DNA from: Candidatus Binatia bacterium
GTDB taxonomy: Bacteria > Desulfobacterota > Binatia > DP-6
Direction of reading: 5' to 3'
NCBI GenBank assembly: GCA_036009625.1
Contig: DASYLJ010000166.1
Span: forward strand, 1,703 to 65,702
DNA: 64,000 nucleotides
How positions within the stretch are numbered: the first letter of the stretch is position 1; each line of letters starts with the position of its first letter. Below the pieces are notes generated by a model. The model was not told the DNA's origin. It saw only the letters and a program-made list of their open reading frames with translations, and did not search any database. Both the position numbers and the translations under genes were made by a program. Shown piece by piece: positions 56,910-64,000 of this stretch.

Positions 56910-58083
56910 TGGTCATTCTCTTGATGACGTCATCGGCGACGAGACGGCGGTTAGCGTTGGTATCGGGTAGATTCCGTGCGGCGAGGCACTCCCGGAAGAG
57001 CGCGGGCACGTCGAAAGGTTCGGCGCACTGCACGACGTCACCAGCGGGTGGGTAGCTCACGAGGTCGGGACGCATCTTTGCGACCGCCGCATGGGCTTGG
57101 CGGGAATCGCCGTCACGGAACGTCAGGGCATTCTTGCAACGGTAGAGTAAGACCGCCTCAGCAAACGTCCGCGCCGACGCAACGGACGCGCCCTCGCTCG
57201 CAATGCGTTCAAGAGCGACTTGGCGCATGGCTGCAAAACGGTCCGTGGGCTCGCTGAGTCGGAGCTTCTGTGCCTTCGCGATGGCTTCGTACCTGTCGAA
57301 GTTCCGCCGTTCCCCAGCCGACACGTTGTCGCCGAGTGTGAGCGCGACATCCACGTCTGCACTCGCGTACAAGCCTGGCTTGAATGCGGAGGTGTCACCA
57401 GTGATGCCCGCGCTCGTGAACCCTCCCGATGCGTGCGACGCCTTTCGATACTCTGCATACGTGTTGGGCGTGCCTGAGGTGCGCGTCCCAAAGCGCTGCC
57501 ACGGGGCAGGGTCGGCATGCGGCACCGTCGGCGTGCGGGTGTATTCGAGATACCGTGCCCGCGCCGTCTCGGGGTCGCTGAACGCGTCGAAGGGCTCGCT
57601 CGATTGAATGCATGCGGGCCCGATGACTTCGGGGGCTTTCCGCCCCACGATGGGCGCGACGGCGCGCGGTTTCGCAGCGGCCAAGATGTCGTCGGCGCTC
57701 AAGCCTTGGACAAGGTCGGGGCTCTCGTTCGTCACCGCGACGACGGCCTTGTAGCGGTCGGTGGGGATGTCCTGGTCTAGCCCTAGCTCCTGAATCTTTG
57801 AGTCAACGGCGGCGAGGAACGTTTGATAGAAGTTGGTGTCTGGGGGCGTTGGCATTTCGGTCGGTGTTTCCAAAGTTGACGTTGGTTCGGGGTCGGGTTG
57901 CACGTGTGCGCCGGGCCAGCCCGACTTATCCATCGAGGCAAGCGAGCCAGGGGCGAGTGAGGGAATGTCCACGCCACCCGCCATGAGTTCATCCGGCGTC
58001 CACGCGGCGCTCTCTTCGGGGTCGGAGGGTTTCGGGTAGACGGGCGCGACCATCATTAACGGGAGCGGAGCAACGCGTTTCAT
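56899..58083 (-). CDS. hypothetical protein downstream of HNH-terminase (function unknown; not recognisably portal or capsid)
   Basis: The ATG at 58081-58083 overlaps the HNH stop (ATGA). 394 aa with a Pro/Asp/Glu-rich N-terminal third. No motif recognised. Confidence 0.6.
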   Translation of the reverse strand: MKRVAPLPLMMVAPVYPKPSDPEESAAWTPDELMAGGVDIPSLAPGSLASMDKSGWPGAHVQPDPEPTSTLETPTEMPTPPDTNFYQTFLAAVDSKIQELGLDQDIPTDRYKAVVAVTNESPDLVQGLSADDILAAAKPRAVAPIVGRKAPEVIGPACIQSSEPFDAFSDPETARARYLEYTRTPTVPHADPAPWQRFGTRTSGTPNTYAEYRKASHASGGFTSAGITGDTSAFKPGLYASADVDVALTLGDNVSAGERRNFDRYEAIAKAQKLRLSEPTDRFAAMRQVALERIASEGASVASARTFAEAVLLYRCKNALTFRDGDSRQAHAAVAKMRPDLVSYPPAGDVVQCAEPFDVPALFRECLAARNLPDTNANRRLVADDVIKRMTNAQ

Positions 58084-58385
58084 TGCTGGGCCTCGTGGTG
58101 GGCAGGGGAAATGCAACCGCGATACCCGCACGTGTTCTTGAGCCGCTTGGGCATGCGGCCGGTGTCGAGCGCGAAGGCCACGCGATGGGCGAAATGGACG
58201 ACGTCACCCACCTTGAACGCCGGGTATCCGCGACGGTGCCAGCCGCCCCAAAGGATGTGGCCATTCGCCTGCGGACGCGCGAACGCGTGCAATCGGGCGC
58301 GCACGGCGTCAGAGATAGAAGAACCCCCGCCCGCCGTGGAACTAGCAGGGACGACGACGGACGGGGATGGCCTAGACGTAACCAT
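58080..58385 (-). CDS. HNH endonuclease-like protein (packaging-associated type)
   Basis: NGHILWGGWHRRGYPAFKVGDVVHFAHRVAFALDTGRMPKRLKNTCGYRGCISPAHH resembles the GCW.W.G....GYG.......AHR.....G.ip.g..v.H.C....C.NP.HL pattern. It lies adjacent to the terminase genes. Confidence 0.6.
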   Translation of the reverse strand: MVTSRPSPSVVVPASSTAGGGSSISDAVRARLHAFARPQANGHILWGGWHRRGYPAFKVGDVVHFAHRVAFALDTGRMPKRLKNTCGYRGCISPAHHEAQQ

Positions 58386-58494
58386 ACGGAAGATTATTCC
58401 GTGGATACGTCCGGGCGGTCAAACTAGCTAGTGCGACGTCGGCCGCTCCGCAACAGCGCGGTCAGCCACCCCTCATATGAGTCTTCAAACGCAT

Positions 58495-60144
58495 TCATGC
58501 GATGAGCCTTCCGGGTATCCCAAACTCTTCATCGTGCCGGCTCTGGAAGCGGTCGCGGATGAGTTGTTCGTCTTGGTGCGTGGAGATAATCGGCCCGTCA
58601 TCGGACAGGGAGAGCTTGAGCCGTGTTGCATCGCGGCCCAGGTTCCGTGCCTCGATGATGGCGCCGCAGGGTTGGGACGCGAGAAGCAACGCGCCACAGC
58701 AGGAATTCGCGATGTCGTCATGAAGCCCACGGCGCACCCCCACGGATTCACGGCCGGTCTTCGATAGACTCCGCTCCAGACTCCCGAGTTGCGCGAGCAG
58801 CTTGGGAAGGTTCGGAAGCAGCACGCGCCCGCTCGTGAAGAGCGGAAGGGCGTTGGCCATAATGTCGGCCTTCGAGCCCAACTTCGTGTCGTCCGCTGCG
58901 GTCCCCGTGACGACGTACTCAATCCCGAACTTGGCGAAGGTCTGCGGGGTGTGCGTGCCGCCCCACCGGTCGCCGTAGCAACGAGGTACGCCGTATTCCG
59001 TGAGCAACTGACAAAAGCGCTCTATGGTCTGCTCGGCATCGAAGGGCGGCAACACTTCCCGCACCACGTCGAGCACCACCGTCCCGTCGTCCTCCGCGTG
59101 CGCGATGGCAAGGCATGCGCTGTCACTTGTCCCCCCGCTGCCATCGAAGAATCCGTGGTACTGGACGCCGTATCGCGGGGGCAGTTCGTCTTGTCTGCTC
59201 TGGTCTACCGACGCTTCAAGTAGGTCGTGGGAGTAGAGCCGGGCGACGTCGCTTCGAAACTCGGCGTACCACTCCGCTCTCCCTGCGTGCGGGTCGAGGG
59301 CAATGGCCGCCTCGATGACGTCGTCGGGAATCGTGCCGTTCATGAGTTTCGACGGCGATTGCCATACGAGCTTGCTCCCTGGCTTCCCGAAGTGGTCACG
59401 GTAGGCTTCCCACAACGCGCCACTGCGACCGTAGGGAGAGGAGAGACAGAGGAGCATGCCCTTCGTTGTGGCGAGCGCAGGACGAATGGCCTTTATCAAC
59501 TCATGGTCTGGCTCTGCGGATTCGGAGCCACGCATCATTGCCAATTCGTCAAGACAGCACGCAATCAACGTGTGCCCTCTGATTTTGCGGAAGCTCGCGG
59601 TATGGACGGCGATACGGATGCCGTTGTCGAGCGTGACCGAGTTGGCCGTTTCGCGGATGACCTTGTCGGAGAGCAATGGCGAGAGGCGCAATAAGCCCTT
59701 CACGTAGTCGCAAATGACGGCGGCTTGGGACCGGTCGGGTGCGATGATGGCGCACACCCCACGCTCACCAGGACTCAGGACGGTCGAGTAGTCAACGAAG
59801 CATGCGAGGAACACGGCGAGGATTGCCGTTGCGTAGGACTTGCCCGCACGTCGGCCGCACACCAACCACGACTCTTTCGCTTGCTCGGTGGGTGGGTCGA
59901 CGCGGTTTGTGCAGGCGCGATAGGTCGCGAGCATGTCTTGCGTCATGGGCAACCCGAACAACGACGCGAAGTAGCTGCGCCACGCGGAGAAGTCGCCCCG
60001 CTTCACGGCCAAGCCCAAGAGCGCGTCATCGTCGAGCGCGTCGAGGATAGTGACCCCAGAAAAAATATTGGCGCGTGGGACCGTATGGCCCGCGAGGGAT
60101 GGGACTCCGGCGTCTAACTCCGTTGGCGGGGGGGTCTTACTCAC
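58495..60144 (-). CDS. terL: phage terminase large subunit
   Basis: Walker A is WLVCGRRAGKSY. Walker B-like is LIACCLDELA. The C-terminal nuclease region is YHGFFDGSGGTSDSACLAIAH...GLHDDIANS. The start is proposed at the GTG at 60142-60144, overlapping the TerS-like stop; the track ORF extends to 60249. Confidence 0.8.
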   Translation of the reverse strand: MSKTPPPTELDAGVPSLAGHTVPRANIFSGVTILDALDDDALLGLAVKRGDFSAWRSYFASLFGLPMTQDMLATYRACTNRVDPPTEQAKESWLVCGRRAGKSYATAILAVFLACFVDYSTVLSPGERGVCAIIAPDRSQAAVICDYVKGLLRLSPLLSDKVIRETANSVTLDNGIRIAVHTASFRKIRGHTLIACCLDELAMMRGSESAEPDHELIKAIRPALATTKGMLLCLSSPYGRSGALWEAYRDHFGKPGSKLVWQSPSKLMNGTIPDDVIEAAIALDPHAGRAEWYAEFRSDVARLYSHDLLEASVDQSRQDELPPRYGVQYHGFFDGSGGTSDSACLAIAHAEDDGTVVLDVVREVLPPFDAEQTIERFCQLLTEYGVPRCYGDRWGGTHTPQTFAKFGIEYVVTGTAADDTKLGSKADIMANALPLFTSGRVLLPNLPKLLAQLGSLERSLSKTGRESVGVRRGLHDDIANSCCGALLLASQPCGAIIEARNLGRDATRLKLSLSDDGPIISTHQDEQLIRDRFQSRHDEEFGIPGRLIA

Positions 60145-60535
60145 GGGCGGTCCTGACCTTGGCCGCCAAGTACGCCTCAAGCCCACCCCGCTCTTCCGCC
60201 ACGCGGTCGAGGCCCAACTGTCCGAGGAGTCTGGCCAGCCCATCCGCAATGGTCTGCCGGCTACGCACGATGGGCAGGATTTCCCGCTTCCGCTTATTGA
60301 CGATGGACGCCTGTCCGAGGAGCCAGGAATCCACTTGGTCGAGCAACCACCGTTGGCGGCACGCTAGCTCTACGAGGGTGCTACGCTGCGCCGATAGGTC
60401 ATCCCCCAGGTCGGCGACAAGCTCGGCTCGCCACAGGGCCAGGGCGTCAGCGGCGGGGCCTGTCAGGGGCAGTCCTGCGCGGCCCTTCAGGGCAGGGGAT
60501 AGACCGTGCTGGGTGCGCTCGCGATATCTCGACAC
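60137..60535 (-). CDS. putative terminase small subunit
   Basis: 132 aa with a GTG start at 60533-60535. It lies immediately upstream of and overlaps terL. The protein is helical and basic (P27-like pattern ...ALWRAELVADLGDDLSAQRSTLVELACRQRWLLD...). The assignment rests mainly on position. Confidence 0.5.
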   Translation of the reverse strand: MSRYRERTQHGLSPALKGRAGLPLTGPAADALALWRAELVADLGDDLSAQRSTLVELACRQRWLLDQVDSWLLGQASIVNKRKREILPIVRSRQTIADGLARLLGQLGLDRVAEERGGLEAYLAAKVRTARE

Positions 60536-60803
60536 GCCACTAGAATAGCATGATAGCGCGACGCAGTCCCGTCAGGTTCCGGGCGCCTTGAGGAACGCCG
60601 AAGCTTAATCCGCACAACATCCACTCAGGCTGGGAAGGCGTTGCGGGACAGGGGTTTGCGAGCACGGCGCGGATTAGATATCCGCTGCGTTTCCGTGGGG
60701 CAGGGCGCGCGTCACGGACGATTGTGGCAGGGCGGCTACGCGGCCCAGTGAATCCCGAATAGGGTTCGCTCCATCCGCGTGCTTTCGCTAGATAGTCTCG
60801 GCG

Positions 60804-61388
60804 ATGACTGACGAGAACTGGTTTTCACTGGCCAACTCGCTGATAGCGGCTGCGGCGGGTGTTGGCGGCGTGGCAGTTGGTGCGTTCATGACGGCATGGG
60901 AGCAGAGACGGGAGGCGAGGCGTGCTTTCGTGCGTCAGCAGCTGAGTGAGTTTTATTCGCCGATGCTCGCGCGTCGTGGGCAACTCATTGCTGCCCTCGT
61001 TGTGGAAGGTGCGGCGGGCGGCTCCGGCGGGGAGGGTGCGGGTGGACCGCTCGACCGGACGGCCATGGCGGCCCGCTGGCTCTACGAGAGCGCTCCGGCC
61101 CGATTCGACGCGGCCGTCTATCCACTTCTGGTGTCGCTGTTGGACGCGTTCATTGCAAATCTCTGGTTGGCCCAGTCGAGCACGCGCAAGCATCTCGAAG
61201 CGGTTGCTTTACAGGTCGCGACGATTCAGAGCGACCAGGCAAGAGGGGGTCCGAGACGAGGGGGGCGCGTACACTTGGACCATCTCTACGACTTTCTGGC
61301 GGATATCGATGAGCAGTTCGTGGTGCTTCAAACGGCTCTCAGGGATAGTGAATACGACGGGTGGCGGTGGCCATGGATAGCACGATAG
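60804..61388 (+). CDS. membrane-anchored hypothetical protein, tandem paralog 1
   Basis: N-terminal TM segment LANSLIAAAAGVGGVAVGAFMTAW. It shares FVRQQLSEFYSPMLA and NLWLAQSSTRKHLEAV blocks with the next gene. Confidence 0.6.
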   Translation: MTDENWFSLANSLIAAAAGVGGVAVGAFMTAWEQRREARRAFVRQQLSEFYSPMLARRGQLIAALVVEGAAGGSGGEGAGGPLDRTAMAARWLYESAPARFDAAVYPLLVSLLDAFIANLWLAQSSTRKHLEAVALQVATIQSDQARGGPRRGGRVHLDHLYDFLADIDEQFVVLQTALRDSEYDGWRWPWIAR

Positions 61389-62038
61389 GTGCCGCGCTCA
61401 TTGGCGCCGTAGTCGCCGTGATTGTAGCCCTGGTGGGCTTTGGTGGCGTGGCGCTTGGTTCGTGGGCGACGATTCGAGACTTGAAAGAGCAGAGGCGGTT
61501 GGAGTTCGTCCGCACGCAACTCAGCGAGTTGTATTCGCCCCTTCTCGCGTTCGGGCCCCAGCTTGGCGTCGCGGAGCAAATCTATCTTAGCATGCGCGAC
61601 CTCGGCCTTGCTCCGGCTGGCGTGGGTGGGACGACCGGCGAGGTGTACGCGGAGCGATACGTGGCCACGGTGCTTCCGCTCTATCAAGACATGCTGGCCG
61701 TCTTCAGGAAGGGTCTATGGCTTGCGGAGCCCAGTACGCGGGCGTGTTTCGCAAAGCTCGTGGGCCAAGTGAGCCTCTTAGAGCAGGCCCTGGCCGCCTA
61801 TGCCCCGCGCGTGGTGATTGAAGAGGTGTGCTCGGTCGCGCACAACGCTGTGCTGCGGGATGACATCGAATCTCACTTCGGTCGGCTGCAAGCGCTCCTG
61901 CGACCCGCGCCCCCGTCCATCATGCGCCGCATGCAACAAAGGGTGTGTTGCATGACAATCCGCTCAACACCCACACAAGGGGGCAAATCCGCGCAGGGTG
62001 GGGCAGGGAGCGACACGCGGAAACGCATGGGGGAGTAG
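61361..62038 (+). CDS. membrane-anchored hypothetical protein, tandem paralog 2
   Basis: N-terminal TM segment IGAALIGAVVAVIVALVGFGGVALGSW. It carries FVRTQLSELYSPLLA and GLWLAEPSTRACFAKLV. An alternative ATG is at 61373. The ORF reads through the 30-bp arm repeat and stops 1 nt before the tRNA 3' end. Confidence 0.55.
   Translation: MAVAMDSTIGAALIGAVVAVIVALVGFGGVALGSWATIRDLKEQRRLEFVRTQLSELYSPLLAFGPQLGVAEQIYLSMRDLGLAPAGVGGTTGEVYAERYVATVLPLYQDMLAVFRKGLWLAEPSTRACFAKLVGQVSLLEQALAAYAPRVVIEEVCSVAHNAVLRDDIESHFGRLQALLRPAPPSIMRRMQQRVCCMTIRSTPTQGGKSAQGGAGSDTRKRMGE
61948..61977 (+). repeat. 30-bp direct repeat, candidate integrase arm-type site (tRNA-proximal)
   Basis: ttgcatgacaatccgctcaacacccacaca matches 43311-43340 at 29/30 positions. 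It lies 61 nt inside the right att core. Confidence 0.6.
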
Positions 62039-62093
62039 GTGCCGAGGAGGGGAATCGAACCCCTACGCCCTTTCGGACTGCGGATTTTGAGTC
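62039..62093 (-). repeat. att core copy within the intact tRNA-Leu gene
   Basis: 54/55 identical to 43163-43217. It covers the tRNA from the last bases of the 5' strand of the anticodon stem through the anticodon loop to the discriminator base, plus one 3' base. Confidence 0.9.
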
Positions 62094-62123
62094 CGCCGCG
62101 TCTGCCAGTTCCGCCACCTCGGC
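62040..62123 (-). tRNA. tRNA-Leu (anticodon CAA), class II with long variable arm
   Basis: The reverse complement folds by eye. Acceptor GCCGAGG/CCUCGGC. D-arm GCGG...CGC. Anticodon stem GCGGA/UCCGC with loop CUCAAAA. Variable arm GUCC-GAAA-GGGC. T-arm AGGGG-UUCGAUU-CCCCU. Discriminator A. CCA is not fully encoded. Confidence 0.9.
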
Positions 62124-62570
62124 GCGGTGGGATTTCCGCTACTTACGTGCTCCGACCATCGCGTGCAACGCCGTTAACGGGTTGGTTGCGCCCAAAGTGT
62201 GTCCGTGGACATCGCTGCGAGTGCTTCACCGCGCCGCGCTCCAGACGGCGGGGCGCCTCACGCGGGCCGGCTTCTGACGACGCTCGCAAGGCGCACGACC
62301 CCGCTTCGGTCTCCCGAGCGCCTCCACGGGGGCGTGCGCCAGGCGGCGTGACGCTGGCTCGCAGGCACAGTGGTTGAACGCATCGTGGCGCCGACGGCCT
62401 GGGGTGGGGGCAGCAGCATGAAGCCGGAGAATGGTGGGACATCCCCACTCTCGACGATCGGCTTGGCGAGCCTAGCTGATCGCGGCGGCTTCTTGCGCGA
62501 CTAGCCATGGCCCAGTATGCCACCCGAGCAATCAACCAAGCGCGAAACGAACGAAGGCGTGTAGTTCCAC

Positions 62571-63479
62571 ATGATCCCCGCGACGATTCACGATCACCGT
62601 TGGTTCGAGCGCATGCTCCAATGTCCCGACTGTGCGGTGGCGCTTCTGCCCAGCGGGGCGGACTTCTCTTGCGGTCGATGTGGACGTCGCTTCCCGTGGG
62701 AGATGGGGCAGCGGCGATGTTTCATTTCAGACGGACAGACGCGGGACCTTCGGTTTACCGTACGGCAGCGAGACGTGACGCGGCCGTCCGATGCGATTCC
62801 CCCGCCTGACGATGCCTACGTCGGACCGATCACGGAGCGGACCAGTCGGCGACACATGGGCGTGCTCGCGATGCGGACTCCCCCGCTCGATGTGTTGGAC
62901 TGGGGCTGTGGCAGTGCCGAATACCGCCCACTGATCGAGCGTCTGGGCCATCGATATGTTGGCCTGGACTCGGAAGGCGCCGCCGCAGACATTCTCGCGG
63001 ACGTGCACGCGCTTCCCTTCGAGGATGGCGCGTTCGACCACATCATCACCAACGCGGTACTCGAGCATGTCGCGAACCCGTTTCTCGCGGTGTGCGAGCT
63101 CGCGCGCGTCATGAAGCCCGGCGCGGTGTTCTCCGGCAGCGTCGCGTTCATGGAGCCGCACCACTATCGGTCGCGATTCCATCTCACGGCAGACGCCGTG
63201 ATGGATGTCCTCACCTACGCCGGCCTCCGCGTGCAGGCCATCTGGCCGTCGGAGACGTGGCTCGTCTTCGACAGTCTCGCCCGCATGCACGGGCCGATCT
63301 CTGGGCCGAGTCGTCAGCTCTTTCGCCTTGCGGGTGCGCTGGAGCGCGTGATCCGACAACGGCACCTGCACCCGCGCGAGCTGAGAAACGGTCGATGGCT
63401 CCGCCGCAAGAGCGCCGAGGAGTATGCCGACGAGTTGCTCGTCGTCACTGGGCAGGTCGATTTCCTGGCCAGTCGCTAG
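62571..63479 (+). CDS. class I SAM-dependent methyltransferase (Methyltransf_11-like) with N-terminal zinc-ribbon
   Basis: CPDC...(14 residues)...CGRC zinc ribbon. VLDWGCGSAEY (motif I). LPFEDGAFDHIITNAVLEHV and MKPGAVF are typical of type 11 methyltransferases. Confidence 0.8.
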   Translation: MIPATIHDHRWFERMLQCPDCAVALLPSGADFSCGRCGRRFPWEMGQRRCFISDGQTRDLRFTVRQRDVTRPSDAIPPPDDAYVGPITERTSRRHMGVLAMRTPPLDVLDWGCGSAEYRPLIERLGHRYVGLDSEGAAADILADVHALPFEDGAFDHIITNAVLEHVANPFLAVCELARVMKPGAVFSGSVAFMEPHHYRSRFHLTADAVMDVLTYAGLRVQAIWPSETWLVFDSLARMHGPISGPSRQLFRLAGALERVIRQRHLHPRELRNGRWLRRKSAEEYADELLVVTGQVDFLASR

Positions 63480-63491
63480 GGCCAGGTGAGC

Positions 63492-64000
63492 CTACCGACG
63501 CAACCCCGTCGCGACGTCGTCTCGGAACCGCTCCAACACCGTCCGCAGCCCGACGCTGAGCGCCTCCGCCACGTCCTTCGGCCGCCGCGACGTCGCCGGC
63601 ACGGTCTCCTCGTAGACCTTCTCGACGACGATGTCCCCGCCGCGCGTCGCGCGCAACGCCAGCGACAGCGACCCCGACGCGTCCTTCCCGCTCTCGAGCG
63701 CCTCGAGTCGTCGCACCACGCCATCGACCTCGATCGGCGTCCCATCCCCCGAGGACACCAGCGCATCGCGCACCGCGCCCGCCACCAGCGCACGCGGCGG
63801 CGAGGCCCACCGGTGGTACTGGTAGTAGTCGAGCTGGTACGGCGAGGTCCGATACGCGAACCGCGAGCTGCCGTACGCCTGCTCCGCGACGAACGACCCG
63901 ACGCGCACCGGCACCGGCATGACGATCGGCGCGCCGGGGACGACGAGCAGATACCAGCTCGTCGACGGCGTCGTCCGCGCCAACGAGCATCCCGCCACCA
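63492..64000 (-). CDS. ABC-transport auxiliary lipoprotein (PqiC / DUF330-like), N-terminus cut by the window end
   Basis: ...AGCSLARTTPSTSWYLLV...VRVGSFVAEQAYGSSRFAYRTSPYQLDYYQYHRWASPPRALVAGAVRDAL matches the ABC_trans_aux pattern (lipobox, YYLL, yh.Wa.pl). The signal peptide probably lies beyond 64000. Confidence 0.7.
   Translation of the reverse strand, partial: VAGCSLARTTPSTSWYLLVVPGAPIVMPVPVRVGSFVAEQAYGSSRFAYRTSPYQLDYYQYHRWASPPRALVAGAVRDALVSSGDGTPIEVDGVVRRLEALESGKDASGSLSLALRATRGGDIVVEKVYEETVPATSRRPKDVAEALSVGLRTVLERFRDDVATGLRR

Larger units (their letters stand above)
43163..62093. mobile_element. about 18.9 kb integrative element (phage satellite-like / defective prophage) inserted in tRNA-Leu(CAA)
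   Basis: It is bounded by 55-bp direct repeats (54/55 identical) derived from the 3' half of tRNA-Leu. It contains a tyrosine integrase, an Xis-like HTH protein, a toprim-helicase, an RHH protein, HNH, TerL and a TerS-like protein. The composition is visibly less GC-rich than the flanks. Confidence 0.85.

Noticed and set aside
60605-60685. Short inverted repeats (ttaatccgc ... gcggatta, gcggat-tagat-atccgc) in the divergent region upstream of the TerS-like gene, considered as a cos/pac site or operator
   Set aside because: The arms are only 6-8 bp, which is within chance expectation for a 270-bp region. There is no supporting evidence without comparative data.
43163-62093. Search of the element for reverse transcriptase (retron/DGR), CRISPR-Cas, toxin-antitoxin pairs, restriction-modification or other named defense systems
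   Set aside because: I could recognise none of the signature motifs: YxDD, Cas motifs, PIN/RelE/HicA folds, methyltransferase motifs. Only Imm53, RHH and HNH were identifiable, so no named defense system is claimed.
62039-62535. ORFs 62039..62377 (plus) and 62143..62535 (minus) next to tRNA-Leu
   Set aside because: The first is read through the tRNA gene itself. The second is Arg/Ser/Pro-rich with no start context. The region is more plausibly the tRNA promoter or intergenic spacer.

Overview
Analysis was by eye, with homology calls made from memory of family motifs; no database searches or computations were run.

The window is a very GC-rich bacterial chromosome segment. Third codon positions are almost all G/C, so the six-frame track is full of long spurious antisense or out-of-frame ORFs. 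Gene content suggests a myxobacteria-like, deltaproteobacterial or Binatia-like host (inference only): Myxococcus-type cysteine-rich repeat proteins, a HAF-repeat protein, an F420-type LLM oxidoreductase and giant secreted peptidases.

**Ordinary chromosome (1-43160 and 62124-64000):**
- Regulators and small enzymes: TetR regulators, an MBL hydrolase, enoyl-CoA hydratase, a DUF1993 protein, a P450 and an SDR.
- A 1610-aa secreted S53 sedolisin.
- A translationally coupled five-gene TetR-mdtA-mdtB-mdtC-NodT efflux operon.
- A Tgt fused to an MnmC-type methyltransferase.
- S8 and M28 peptidases.
- A TetR-MMPL pair.
- fcl plus an unknown partner gene.
- VOC and LLM enzymes.
- A His1 (LPMO-like) Cys-rich secreted protein.
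- A 1014-aa HAF-repeat protein.
- A Kv-type K+ channel.
- A methyltransferase and a PqiC-like lipoprotein.

**Integrative element (43163-62093):** about 18.9 kb, visibly less GC-rich, inserted into tRNA-Leu(CAA).
- It is bounded by 55-bp direct repeats (54/55 identical) and carries 30-bp arm-type repeats.
- It encodes a tyrosine integrase, an Xis-like HTH protein, an RHH protein, a toprim-helicase with an iteron cluster, and HNH-TerL-TerS genes. I recognise no capsid, portal or tail genes.
- The most unusual content is a rightward cargo operon. It holds an Imm53 immunity-family protein and seven consecutive signal-peptide proteins: disulfide-rich small proteins (including a 12-Cys paralog pair) and beta-helix proteins.
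- A tandem pair of membrane-anchored paralogs sits at the attR end.

No CRISPR array, rRNA, reverse transcriptase or known defense system was recognised.
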